38,474 bases of DNA from a virus (IMGVR_UViG_2778261226_000006); one strand, 5' to 3'. Positions 9,738-18,455 are shown, numbered from the stretch's first letter. Notes: a model not told the origin generated them from the sequence alone. A program made the numbers and translations.

Positions 9738-9756
9738 GCGTGGCGGGGATACGAGC
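9738..9756. other. Candidate cos site (cohesive-end region)
   Basis: GGCGTGGCGGGGA (9738-9750) matches the first 13 nt of the 186/P2 cohesive-end sequence as I recall it (GGCG[T/A]GGCGGGGAAAGCA); lies in a repeat-rich GC-richer non-coding stretch between the A-side accessory genes and the Q side, where cos sits in P2 prophages. Confidence 0.4.
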
Positions 9757-9825
9757 GCGCGCAAATATGGAAATTAGCTGCGTTTTGTTATATATAGGAG
9801 AGATATTAAAAGGGTAGGCACCACT

Positions 9826-10350
9826 ATGACTGTTTTACACCTTGTAGCAGACCACCTTGTTAAGCAGGCTAATACAACCCATAGAAAGGGGGAGGTGCAC
9901 GCAATATTAGCAGATGCATATGGTCGTTCTGCTTTTAATCGGTATTATTATGCTTGTTTTCTTAACGTCCGTGAGTTTGTTTCAACTATTGATTCCAATT
10001 GGGGCAAGGTCAAGCATGCAGATGTTCCAAAATTATTACGTGATAGTGTAAGTAGAAAGATAGAAGTTGAGCTCCAAAAATCAGAAAAAATTGGCGATAT
10101 AACTTTATGTGAATATAAATCTAAAAAGAGCTTAATACGTACTTCACTGAACAATATGGCTTCAACTATGGCATTGGCATATACAATTAGGGGAGTTGTT
10201 GATTATGAGCCGGAAATTGAGATGATATTCTGTAATGGCAGTTTTTCGATTAATAAAACATCAGTGGCTTCGGCTAAGGGGTGGCTACAAACCATTAATT
10301 CAGAAAGATCGAAGGTTACCAGAATTATGAAGGAGATTGGCTTTGTCTAA
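9826..10350 (+). CDS. Hypothetical protein, upstream gene of pair preceding the retron (candidate accessory/effector)
   Basis: 174-aa ORF from ATG 9826; overlaps the next ORF; no Walker, HNH, TM or other recognisable motif by eye. Confidence 0.6.
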   Translation: MTVLHLVADHLVKQANTTHRKGEVHAILADAYGRSAFNRYYYACFLNVREFVSTIDSNWGKVKHADVPKLLRDSVSRKIEVELQKSEKIGDITLCEYKSKKSLIRTSLNNMASTMALAYTIRGVVDYEPEIEMIFCNGSFSINKTSVASAKGWLQTINSERSKVTRIMKEIGFV

Positions 10351-11080
10351 CCAGAAAATATTATCAGAATTGTTGGTAAAATTCCCGTTTATAAAAGTTA
10401 AAGATGTAACAGATTTTATGGATACAATTCTGTTGATCATCCCAATTAACAAAATAGTACCATTGTCTGCTTCGAATAGTATAACAAAACGCCAGATATC
10501 TTTATTGGTGAAACGAATAACAGAAAAGCTAAATGTAAGAGTGTTGATTAGTTACTCACCATTTTCAGATAAAGACAATATTGAAGCGGCTTTAGTGGCG
10601 TTAGCGAGAAGTAATTTTAAAAAAGGGAAGATATCTGATTTGAATTTATCTTTCTTTGATTCGCAAAACGCAGTGCTTTATGTCTTTTGTAAAAACCTTA
10701 CATTATCAGAACGCGAGAAGTGGGAGTCGTTAGTTGTAGGGATATTAAACGGTTTTAATATAAAAGTGACTTCATTTGTATATGAGGCTAAAAATAATCC
10801 TGAACCTACAATGATGGTTATTTTAAGAGCGGCAAAAAAATGTCAGCCCTTTGATCTTCCAAGATTGTTCAGTCAACTTGATAATGGCGATTATCATATT
10901 GAATCACTTGATTGGCTGAATGGGAAGCTAGACAACTTACGTAAGAAAGGATTTTTATTAAGAAGCCATGACGGAACTTATAGAATGACATTGTCAGGGT
11001 TAGAAATAGTTCCAGTGACTAAATCTAGGCAAAGTTCTGATATAGAGAGGGTCCTTTATCTTGCACGCAAACATCTATAG
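10337..11080 (+). CDS. Hypothetical protein, second gene of pair preceding the retron (candidate accessory/effector)
   Basis: 247 aa as tracked from TTG 10337; likely start TTG 10343 with AAGGAG SD (10330-10335), implying translational coupling to the upstream ORF; alternating hydrophobic/charged N-terminal region, C-terminal segment KKGFLLRSHDGTYRMTLSGLEIV; family unknown. Confidence 0.6.
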   Translation: MALSNQKILSELLVKFPFIKVKDVTDFMDTILLIIPINKIVPLSASNSITKRQISLLVKRITEKLNVRVLISYSPFSDKDNIEAALVALARSNFKKGKISDLNLSFFDSQNAVLYVFCKNLTLSEREKWESLVVGILNGFNIKVTSFVYEAKNNPEPTMMVILRAAKKCQPFDLPRLFSQLDNGDYHIESLDWLNGKLDNLRKKGFLLRSHDGTYRMTLSGLEIVPVTKSRQSSDIERVLYLARKHL

Positions 11081-11089
11081 TGGTATATT
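11061..11089 (+). promoter_or_regulatory. Candidate sigma70 promoter for retron msr-msd-ret transcript
   Basis: -35 TTGCAC (11061-11066), 17-bp spacer, -10 TATATT (11084-11089); predicted start about 11096, coinciding with the a1 repeat. Confidence 0.45.
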
Positions 11090-11095
11090 CGCGTT

Positions 11096-11268
11096 GGTAG
11101 TGGCGTTCACGAGAGTATGCATCATGCTCATTTGTGAAGGTCGCGGACAGAATGTGCGCCTGCGAATCAGCAGTCGTTCCTTCGAAACGTCTGCTGATTC
11201 GCAGGCGTCATCAACGAAAGTTTTCATCAGCTTTGCTTAAGGATTGACCTTATGAAAACGCCACTACC
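11096..11268 (+). ncRNA. Candidate retron non-coding RNA (msr-msd)
   Basis: 12-nt perfect inverted repeat GGTAGTGGCGTT (11096-11107) / AACGCCACTACC (11257-11268) as a1/a2; GAGAG immediately after a1 (candidate branching G region); 17-bp perfect stem 11157-11173 / 11191-11207 as msd hairpin; directly upstream of and overlapping the start of the retron-type RT. Confidence 0.5.
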
Positions 11269-12229
11269 CTTATTTTTCACATTCACTGATGCCGAACAGT
11301 TTCTTAAGGCGTTGAGCACACCGCTGAGAGATAGATATTCTGCGGAACTTATTCGACTACAAGGCCTCAGGCTTCCCCCATTAGTTTCTTGGAGTATCTT
11401 GTCTGTTGCCATTGGCGTAAGCCCACAATTTATTACTTCGTTAATTAAGAATAAGTCAAAATACTATCGTGTTTTTTCTATTTCCAAAGGAAGAGGAAAG
11501 AAAAAAAGAATTATTGAAGCACCCAAGGTTAGTATAAAAATCATTCAGTCTTGGGTCGCTCATCATTTAAGCATTAATCATAGTCTTGGCATAAGTGAAA
11601 ATGCATATGCTTTTATCCCAGGTAAGAATGGGATATATGAAGCTGCAAGTAAACATTGTGGTGCAAAATGGATCCTGTCTATTGATTTAAGAGATTTTTT
11701 CCATACGATCACTTCAGATATAGTGATTTCAACATTAGTTGAAATCGGATATAGAGCCGATCAGGCTGCTAAATTGAGTGAATTACTTACCTTGAATCAG
11801 AGACTTCCGCAAGGTGCGCCAAGTAGCCCTGTTATCTCAAATTTAGTATTTAGGTCAACTGACTTAAAGATTAATGAGTTGATTTCTAATACGGGTATTA
11901 AATATACTAGATATGCTGATGATTTGACCTTCTCCGGTGATGATGAAACATTTGATATCGAGGAACTTAAAGATAATGTTGTAGAGTTGTTACTATCTGA
12001 TAATTGGGTTGTGGCTGAGGAAAAACTCAGAATAGCTAGGATTCCTAATAGATTAAAAGTACATGGTTTTCTAGTTCATGAAAATAAACCTAGATTGACT
12101 AAAGGCTATCGAAATAAAATTAGAGCATATAAACATTTATTGAGGACTGGGAAAATAGTTGAGAAGGATTTTGATAAAATTAAAGGGCATGTTAACTATA
12201 GTGAATATATTGATAGATTGAATGAGTAA
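11252..12229 (+). CDS. ret: Retron-type reverse transcriptase
   Basis: 325 aa; RT motifs LSIDLRDFFHTIT, LPQGAPSSPVISNLVF and YTRYADDLTFSG (YADD catalytic box), plus RLKVHGFLV in the position of the retron VTG motif; N-terminal Y..F.I.K..G..R.I..P pattern; close by-eye similarity to Ec86-type retron RT motifs. Confidence 0.9.
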   Translation: MKTPLPLFFTFTDAEQFLKALSTPLRDRYSAELIRLQGLRLPPLVSWSILSVAIGVSPQFITSLIKNKSKYYRVFSISKGRGKKKRIIEAPKVSIKIIQSWVAHHLSINHSLGISENAYAFIPGKNGIYEAASKHCGAKWILSIDLRDFFHTITSDIVISTLVEIGYRADQAAKLSELLTLNQRLPQGAPSSPVISNLVFRSTDLKINELISNTGIKYTRYADDLTFSGDDETFDIEELKDNVVELLLSDNWVVAEEKLRIARIPNRLKVHGFLVHENKPRLTKGYRNKIRAYKHLLRTGKIVEKDFDKIKGHVNYSEYIDRLNE

Positions 12230-12246
12230 GGGCCTAGCCCTTACTC
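12224..12246. terminator. Bidirectional hairpin spanning the convergent ret and Q stop regions
   Basis: GAGTAAGGGC (12224-12233) / GCCCTTACTC (12237-12246), 10-bp perfect stem, 3-nt loop; ret stop TAA 12227-12229 lies in the left arm, Q stop at 12249-12251 just beyond. Confidence 0.4.
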
Positions 12247-12248
12247 AT

Positions 12249-13280
12249 TTAATTTAATGTGTATATTCCAAAGGATATGATTTTATCTCCTATCCAGTTA
12301 TTTAACTCTTCTAGTCTTCTCTGTAATGGTATTAACTCATTCCTCACAAAAACAAGGCTTGCCTTCTCCACATCCCCAAAACCCCCAACATTATTAGGCA
12401 TTATCCCCATCATTTGTGGGGGTACACGATGCGCCGCCATCATGTCGTCCCGGCTTACGTTCTTGATGTTCAGAAACTCATCCTTCGCCGCGACTTCTGA
12501 TAACGGGATAATCTGAAGTCCGTCCTTTTTGCCGTTAGGAGAGTACATAAACAGATTGCGGAAGTTACCTGGTCCTTTGGCGCTTTTCATTGCATTGCGG
12601 AGGTTGTTCACATCCTCCTGGTTTTGTGCGGCGTCGGTCATGTACATGATGAAGCCTGCATGACTGCCGTTGATGTAATACTTCCGGCGGAACAGCGTGG
12701 CGGACTCGTTGAGCAGGGCTGACGGAATGGCAGAAAGATAACCGGGCAGGCCGTAGATCTCCTGGTTGATGTCCGGTTCCATCAGATGAAAAATGCTGCC
12801 TTTCGTGAACTGATACGGCTGGGTTGTCATACCGTATTGCACAAACCAGTAGGTATCCAGGTCTAACCCGCGTCGGGTGTATTTTGCCAGAGCAGGCTCA
12901 AGGGCGATAACTTCACCAAACCGGTTCGTGCGTTTCTCCAGGTAGGCGTTACCAAATACCAGATAGTCCTGCACAAAACGTGAAAAAGCCTGTTGGCTGA
13001 GCAGCGGGTGAGGGATGTAGGTGCTGGTCAGAATGTTGCATTTCACCGCAATCGGTGAGCTGTGATGCACGGCGGCGCGGAAGGTTCGCGCCAGTCCGTC
13101 AAAGCTGACGGGAGGCTCATACCAGCGATCTGTCTGTACGCATTCCACATAGTCCAGCAGTTCGCGGCGGTCAAGTACTGGAATGGGATCACCGAAGCTG
13201 AAAGCCTCAGCCGTTGGAGCGTTGCCTGGTTTTGTGTTGTGATCAACCTTTACCAGTTTGATGTTTTTATGTTTGCTCAT
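12249..13280 (-). CDS. Q: Portal protein (P2 gpQ-like)
   Basis: 343 aa, essentially the size of P2 Q; position before terminase large subunit on the same strand; ATGA overlap with upstream gene. Confidence 0.85.
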   Translation of the reverse strand: MSKHKNIKLVKVDHNTKPGNAPTAEAFSFGDPIPVLDRRELLDYVECVQTDRWYEPPVSFDGLARTFRAAVHHSSPIAVKCNILTSTYIPHPLLSQQAFSRFVQDYLVFGNAYLEKRTNRFGEVIALEPALAKYTRRGLDLDTYWFVQYGMTTQPYQFTKGSIFHLMEPDINQEIYGLPGYLSAIPSALLNESATLFRRKYYINGSHAGFIMYMTDAAQNQEDVNNLRNAMKSAKGPGNFRNLFMYSPNGKKDGLQIIPLSEVAAKDEFLNIKNVSRDDMMAAHRVPPQMMGIMPNNVGGFGDVEKASLVFVRNELIPLQRRLEELNNWIGDKIISFGIYTLN

Positions 13281-13987
13281 TCTGCCAGCTCCTCGTTAGC
13301 AAGAGGCCATTCGCACATAAACAGCATTCCCCAGTCCTCTGCTGATAATTCTTTTTTCATATCATTCAGCCAGTTATCAGTAAACAACATTGCTCCTGAT
13401 GCTACTGCATCATCAGCGGTGAATACCATGCGGGTTACACTGTTGTTTCTGCTTAGCTTTTTATATTCCTGCCATGCCTCCGGGTTAGGGCTGGGAGTGG
13501 TGTAGTAGGTGGCGTGGTGGTGTGCGTGCAAGGACATTCCTTTGGCGAGAGTAATCATATTTCTCGGTGATTCAGCCCAGGCATACTCTGACACGTAGAC
13601 ATTTCCACTGAGTGCGGCGGCGTGGCACTTGAGGTCGATAAAATAAATGACCGCACCATTGGGAAACTCCAGATATGTTTTGCCAGATTTTATTTTTCCA
13701 GTGCGCGTATAAGCTGCGGTCTGGCTTAAAAATGCTGACACATAGGCTTTGACTGCCTGCGCTGATGCGGTGCTGCAGCAGAGGAAAATCTGGTTACGCC
13801 CGGTATGCAGTGCATCGATCAGGGCCTCATAGGCAAAAAAGAAATCCGCTCCTGCCTGGCGCATTTTTGTGAGTAAACGGTTTCTACTCTTTGGGCCAGT
13901 GTTCCACTCATACTGGTAATCAAAGAAAGTGCTATCCACCGGAAGTCCCGCGATAGTCATGAGGTTAGTTGGGATTGGGGGCATCAA
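13277..13987 (-). CDS. Terminase large-subunit ATPase-domain paralog (truncated, diverged)
   Basis: 236 aa; aligns by eye to the central region of the adjacent P protein (AGADFFFAYEALIDALHTGRNQIFL vs IGATFYFAHEALIDALLTGRNQIFL; FPNGAVIYF vs LPNGATLYF; NVYVSEYAW vs NLYLDEYFW); lacks P's N-terminal ~150 aa and C-terminal nuclease region; ATGA overlaps at both ends. Confidence 0.7.
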   Translation of the reverse strand: MMPPIPTNLMTIAGLPVDSTFFDYQYEWNTGPKSRNRLLTKMRQAGADFFFAYEALIDALHTGRNQIFLCCSTASAQAVKAYVSAFLSQTAAYTRTGKIKSGKTYLEFPNGAVIYFIDLKCHAAALSGNVYVSEYAWAESPRNMITLAKGMSLHAHHHATYYTTPSPNPEAWQEYKKLSRNNSVTRMVFTADDAVASGAMLFTDNWLNDMKKELSAEDWGMLFMCEWPLANEELAE

Positions 13988-15750
13988 AAAATCTCCACAA
14001 TATTGCTGGTATTGGCGGACTCGCCCTGCAGCGGTTCGTTAAACAGTGCGTGCATTGTTGCCCAGGCCAGATCGGCATGGCTGGCTTCTTCGCTGCGGCT
14101 GGCTTCATAGGTCGGGCGGTTGCCGCTGGCGGTGGTGGCGCGACGGATTGCCATAAATGACTGCGCAATGTCGGTGTGCCCGGCGTCAAACTCCAGACGG
14201 CGGTGGCTGATAATGTCGTAGGCCTTGAGTACCAGGGCGTTTTTAACGTTGGGGTTGTAGACAAACTCCCGGACGGCAGGAAAGAACGCTTTCACGTTCT
14301 CGTAAACTCCGTGACCGACACCTGTCGAGTCGATACCGATATAGGTCACGTTGTACTGTTCGGTCAGTTTTTTGATGGCGTCAGCCTGGGCGCGGAAGTC
14401 CATCCCGCGCCACTGGTGACGCTCAAGAATGCGAAACTTACCGCCTGGCACGGCTGGCGGTGCCACCACCACGCATCCGGCGCTGTCGCCGTTCTGCGTA
14501 CCTTTTGCCGGGTCATAACCGATCCACACTTCTCGCCAGCCAAACGGGCGCAGGGCCAGTGCATGAAAGTCGGTCCAGACTTCCCAACTGTCCACCATGC
14601 ATGCCTGCAGCTCGCTGAGCGGAAATACGGACGCGAGATCGTCCACGAATTCACACATCAGCAGGTTCTGGTATTCGTCCGGGCTGTATTCCATGCGCAA
14701 CTGGTCAAGGTCGAACAGGTTACAGCCGCCGCGCACCGCATCTTCCACGGTGACTATCTGGCGGTATTGCCCGTCTGCACACAGCAGGCCTGGAGCCAGA
14801 TTGCTGTGGGACAGGTCGATGTCCACCTTGTCGGCTTTATTGCGCCCACGGTTGAATAGCGCACCGGACCAGAACGGATAAGCACTGTGTGTCAGGCTGG
14901 ATGGCGTGGAAAAATAGGTTTGTCGCCATTTTTTGTGAATAGCCATACCGGAAGCCACTTTGCGCAGCTCCTGGAATTTCGGTATCCAGAAATATTCATC
15001 CAGATACAGGTTTCCGTGGTAACTCTGGGCCGTGCGGGCATTGGTGCCGAGGAAATACAGTGTGGCCCCGTTGGGAAGCACCATCGGATCGCCTTTCAGC
15101 TCCACTTCCACTTCTTTGGCGAAGTCGATGATGTACTGCTTAAAGACGTGGGCCTGTGCCTTGCTGGCGGAAAGGAAAATCTGGTTACGTCCGGTAAGCA
15201 GAGCGTCAATCAGGGCTTCATGGGCAAAGTAAAAGGTCGCGCCGATCTGGCGTGACTTCAGCAGGTTGCGGATGCGGTTGGTTTTTCCGGCTTCCCACCA
15301 GTGGCGCTGGTAGTTGAACATGGAGGAATGGAAGATTTCTTCCAGCTTCTCAATCTGCTCATCGGTGAAAACATTCTTTTCCGGCTGACGGCGCGGGCCT
15401 TTGTTGCGGTTGGCGACGTTAGGGTTTAAGTCGGCTTCGTTGCCGCCATTGTTAAACTTGCCGATCCGCGCGTGGCGTTCCGACTGGCGCGCCAGCAGGT
15501 CAATCTCTTTGAAATCTTTCCCTTCTTTGTGCTCCTTCATAATGAGCTGGCAGTAGCGTGCGGCGGTGGTGAGCTGCATCTGATCCAGCGGCCCATAGTC
15601 ACCCCACTTGTCGCGTTTCTTCCAGCTGTGAACGGTTGCAACTTTCTCGCCCAGCATTTCAGCAATGCGGGCTACACGGTATCCCTGAAAGTACAGCAGC
15701 ATGGCCTGCCGACGGGGATCGAGATCTGCGGGTGTCAGTGTGGTGTTCAT
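13984..15750 (-). CDS. P: Terminase large subunit (P2 gpP-like ATPase/nuclease)
   Basis: 588 aa, close to P2 P size; N-terminal HTH-like region, central ATPase region, C-terminal extension; divergent from O across a late-promoter region. Confidence 0.9.
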   Translation of the reverse strand: MNTTLTPADLDPRRQAMLLYFQGYRVARIAEMLGEKVATVHSWKKRDKWGDYGPLDQMQLTTAARYCQLIMKEHKEGKDFKEIDLLARQSERHARIGKFNNGGNEADLNPNVANRNKGPRRQPEKNVFTDEQIEKLEEIFHSSMFNYQRHWWEAGKTNRIRNLLKSRQIGATFYFAHEALIDALLTGRNQIFLSASKAQAHVFKQYIIDFAKEVEVELKGDPMVLPNGATLYFLGTNARTAQSYHGNLYLDEYFWIPKFQELRKVASGMAIHKKWRQTYFSTPSSLTHSAYPFWSGALFNRGRNKADKVDIDLSHSNLAPGLLCADGQYRQIVTVEDAVRGGCNLFDLDQLRMEYSPDEYQNLLMCEFVDDLASVFPLSELQACMVDSWEVWTDFHALALRPFGWREVWIGYDPAKGTQNGDSAGCVVVAPPAVPGGKFRILERHQWRGMDFRAQADAIKKLTEQYNVTYIGIDSTGVGHGVYENVKAFFPAVREFVYNPNVKNALVLKAYDIISHRRLEFDAGHTDIAQSFMAIRRATTASGNRPTYEASRSEEASHADLAWATMHALFNEPLQGESANTSNIVEIF

Positions 15751-15796
15751 GGCACAAACCTACAGCCTTGAATGAAGGCTTTCCCCGCCTGCGGTT

Positions 15797-15814
15797 TGTG
15801 TGGTAGTCGGTACA
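15797..15814. promoter_or_regulatory. Ogr-type late-activator box (TGT-N12-ACA) in the P/O divergent promoter region
   Basis: TGTgtggtagtcggtACA in the 142-bp intergenic region between P and O, where P2 has its divergent late promoters. Confidence 0.5.
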
Positions 15815-15892
15815 AATACCGCGCATTGTTTCACTGCCCCCATCACCGCAACCATAAGGCTCCAGTAAGTTTTTTCTAACGGAGCACGGCTC

Positions 15893-16726
15893 ATGACAGT
15901 GAAAGCAAAGCGTTTTCGCATCGGGGTGGAAGGTGCCACCACCGACGGACGCGAAATCCAGCGTGAATGGCTGGAACAGATGGCAGCCAGCTACAACCCG
16001 GCGGTGTACACCGCGCTGATTAACCTTGAGCACATCAAGTCTTATCTGCCGGACAGCACCTTTAACCGCTACGGCAAGGTGACGGCGCTGTTTGCTGAAG
16101 AAATCACGGAAGGTCCGCTGGCGGGCAAGATGGCACTGTATGCCGACGTTGAGCCAACGGAGTCCCTGGTGGAACTGGTGAAAAAAGGCCAGAAATTATT
16201 CACCTCTATGGAAGTCAGCCCGAAGTTTGCTGATACGGGCAAAGCCTACCTGGTCGGCCTGGCTGCTACAGATGATCCCGCCAGTCTGGGTACGGAAATG
16301 CTGACATTCAGCGCCAGTGCAGCCCATAACCCGCTGGCAAACCGCAAGCAGAATCCTGCCAATCTCTTTACCGCTGCAGAGGAAACGGTGATCGAACTGG
16401 AAGAAATCCAGGATGACAAACCGTCCCTGTTTTCCCGCGTCACGGCGCTGTTCACCAAAAAAGAGCAGTCAGACGATGCCCGGTTCTCTGATGTGCATAA
16501 GGCCGTGGAGCTGGTCGCCACTGAGCAGCAAAACCTGAGTGCGCGCACCGAAAAATCCCTGTCTGAACAGGAAGAACGCCTGTCTGAGCTGGAGACAGCC
16601 CTGCAGGCACAGCAGACCGCCTTTAACGAACTGGTGGACAAGCTGAGCCATGAAGACAGCCGCCAGGACTACCGCCAGCGTGCAACAGGCGGTAACGCCC
16701 CCGCTGACACTCTGACCAATTGCTGA
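15893..16726 (+). CDS. O: Capsid scaffolding protein (P2 gpO-like)
   Basis: 277 aa; first gene of rightward late operon; size and order match P2 O. Confidence 0.85.
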   Translation: MTVKAKRFRIGVEGATTDGREIQREWLEQMAASYNPAVYTALINLEHIKSYLPDSTFNRYGKVTALFAEEITEGPLAGKMALYADVEPTESLVELVKKGQKLFTSMEVSPKFADTGKAYLVGLAATDDPASLGTEMLTFSASAAHNPLANRKQNPANLFTAAEETVIELEEIQDDKPSLFSRVTALFTKKEQSDDARFSDVHKAVELVATEQQNLSARTEKSLSEQEERLSELETALQAQQTAFNELVDKLSHEDSRQDYRQRATGGNAPADTLTNC

Positions 16727-16742
16727 TGGAGCACAAAACCTG

Positions 16743-17801
16743 ATGAAGAAGAATACCCGCTTTGCTTTTAACGCTTACCTGCAGCAGCTGGCGCGTCTGA
16801 ACGGTGTGGCAGTTGAAGAACTGTCCAGCAAGTTCACTGTAGAGCCGTCCGTGCAGCAGACGCTGGAAGACCAGATCCAGCAGTCCGCCGCATTCCTGAC
16901 GCTGATTAACGTCACGCCAGTGACTGAGCAGTCCGGTCAGCTGCTTGGATTGGGTGTTGGCAGCACCATTGCCGGAACCACTGATACCACCGCGAAAGAG
17001 CGTGAGCCTGTCGATCCGACGCTGATGGTCGATGTGGAATATAAATGCGAGCAGACCAACTTTGACACGGTGCTGACCTACGCGAAGCTGGATCTGTGGG
17101 CGAAGTTTCAGGATTTCCAGGTGCGCATCCGTGACGCCATCGTGAAACGTCAGGCACTGGACCGCATCATGATCGGCTTTAACGGCGTGAAGCGTGCGAA
17201 AACCTCCAACCGTAGCGAAAACCCGCTGCTGCAGGATGTGAACAAAGGCTGGCTGCAGAAAATCCGTGAGGATGCACCGGATCACGTCATGGGCAGCACC
17301 ACCACGGGCGGTGAAACCACTCCGGGGGCGGTGAAAGTCGGGAAAGGTGGCGAATATGCCAACCTGGACGCCGTGGTGATGGATGCCGTTAATGAGCTTA
17401 TCGACGTGGTCTACCAGGACGATGACGATCTGGTGGTGATTTGTGGTCGTGAACTGCTGTCTGACAAGTATTTCCCGCTGGTCAACAAAGAGCAGGAAAA
17501 CAGTGAAAAACTGGCTGCCGATATGATCATCAGCCAGAAACGCATGGGTGGCCTGCAGGCCGTGCGTGCGCCATTCTTCCCGCCGAATGCGCTGCTGATC
17601 ACCCGTCTGGATAACCTGTCCATCTACTGGCAGGAAGACACCCGCCGCCGTTCAGTTATCGACAACCCGAAACGTGACCGGATTGAAAACTTTGAATCCG
17701 TTAACGAAGCCTATGTGGTTGAGGACTACCGCTGCGCCGCACTGGTGGAAAACATCCAGATTGGCGACTTCAGCGCCGCCGCAGCAGAAACCGGAGCGTA
17801 A
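16743..17801 (+). CDS. N: Major capsid protein (P2 gpN-like)
   Basis: 352 aa; follows scaffold gene; size matches P2 N. Confidence 0.85.
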   Translation: MKKNTRFAFNAYLQQLARLNGVAVEELSSKFTVEPSVQQTLEDQIQQSAAFLTLINVTPVTEQSGQLLGLGVGSTIAGTTDTTAKEREPVDPTLMVDVEYKCEQTNFDTVLTYAKLDLWAKFQDFQVRIRDAIVKRQALDRIMIGFNGVKRAKTSNRSENPLLQDVNKGWLQKIREDAPDHVMGSTTTGGETTPGAVKVGKGGEYANLDAVVMDAVNELIDVVYQDDDDLVVICGRELLSDKYFPLVNKEQENSEKLAADMIISQKRMGGLQAVRAPFFPPNALLITRLDNLSIYWQEDTRRRSVIDNPKRDRIENFESVNEAYVVEDYRCAALVENIQIGDFSAAAAETGA

Positions 17802-17804
17802 TCC

Positions 17805-18455
17805 ATGAGCCTGAGTCCCGCACGGCAGCATCGCCTGCGCGTTCAGGCTGAACAGGCCGCCCGTGAGGGTGGCAGTGTTCGCCACGCGTCGGGCTATGAC
17901 CTGATGCTGCTGCAACTGGCAGAAGACCGCCGCCGTCTCAAGGGCGTTCAGTCCACGGTGAAAAAAGCGGAAATCAAGGTGGAGCTGCTGCCGAAATATG
18001 CCGCCTGGGCGGAGGGCGTCCTGGCTGCCGGAGGCGCTCAACAGGATGACGTGCTGATGTACGTGATGCTGTGGCGCATTGATGCCGGAGATTATGCCGG
18101 GGCGCTGGAGATCGGGCGTCATGCCCTGCGTCATGGCTGGGTGATGCCGCTGGGTAACCGCAACGTGCAGACCGTGCTGGCAGAGGAAATGGCAGACGCC
18201 GCGCAGAGCGCAATACTTGCCGCCACCGGCTTTGATGCCGATCTGTTGTTGCAGACGCTGGAGCTGACAGACGGTCTGGATATGCCGGACCAGTCACGGG
18301 CGCGTCTGCATAAAGCGATTGGCGCTGTCCTGAGTGAAAGCAATCCGGCTTCCGCCCTTAATCATCTCAACCATGCGTTACAGCTCGATCCCCGCTGTGG
18401 CGTGAAAAAAGACAAACAGCAGCTGGAGCGCAGACTGCGCAATGACAGCCGCTGA
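17805..18455 (+). CDS. M: Terminase small (endonuclease) subunit (P2 gpM-like)
   Basis: 216 aa; position after N as in P2. Confidence 0.75.
   Translation: MSLSPARQHRLRVQAEQAAREGGSVRHASGYDLMLLQLAEDRRRLKGVQSTVKKAEIKVELLPKYAAWAEGVLAAGGAQQDDVLMYVMLWRIDAGDYAGALEIGRHALRHGWVMPLGNRNVQTVLAEEMADAAQSAILAATGFDADLLLQTLELTDGLDMPDQSRARLHKAIGAVLSESNPASALNHLNHALQLDPRCGVKKDKQQLERRLRNDSR

Noticed and set aside
9629-9817. 62-aa ORF (+) in the stretch between the 203-aa gene and the retron-associated ORFs
   Set aside because: No convincing RBS; overlaps the candidate cos sequence, short direct repeats and a hairpin, so the region is more plausibly non-coding packaging or regulatory DNA.
11137-11251. 6-bp inverted repeat AAGGTC / GACCTT as an alternative a1/a2 pair for the retron RNA
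   Set aside because: Too short to be significant and the left copy lies inside the presumptive msr body; the 12-nt perfect pair at 11096-11107 / 11257-11268, which coincides with the predicted promoter start, is preferred.
14176-14859. 227-aa ORF on the plus strand inside terminase P (and similar antisense ORFs at 16623-17285, 22594-23496, 33607-34254, 36772-37158)
   Set aside because: All lie antisense to well-supported genes in GC-rich DNA, with no RBS and low-complexity products; treated as frame shadows.
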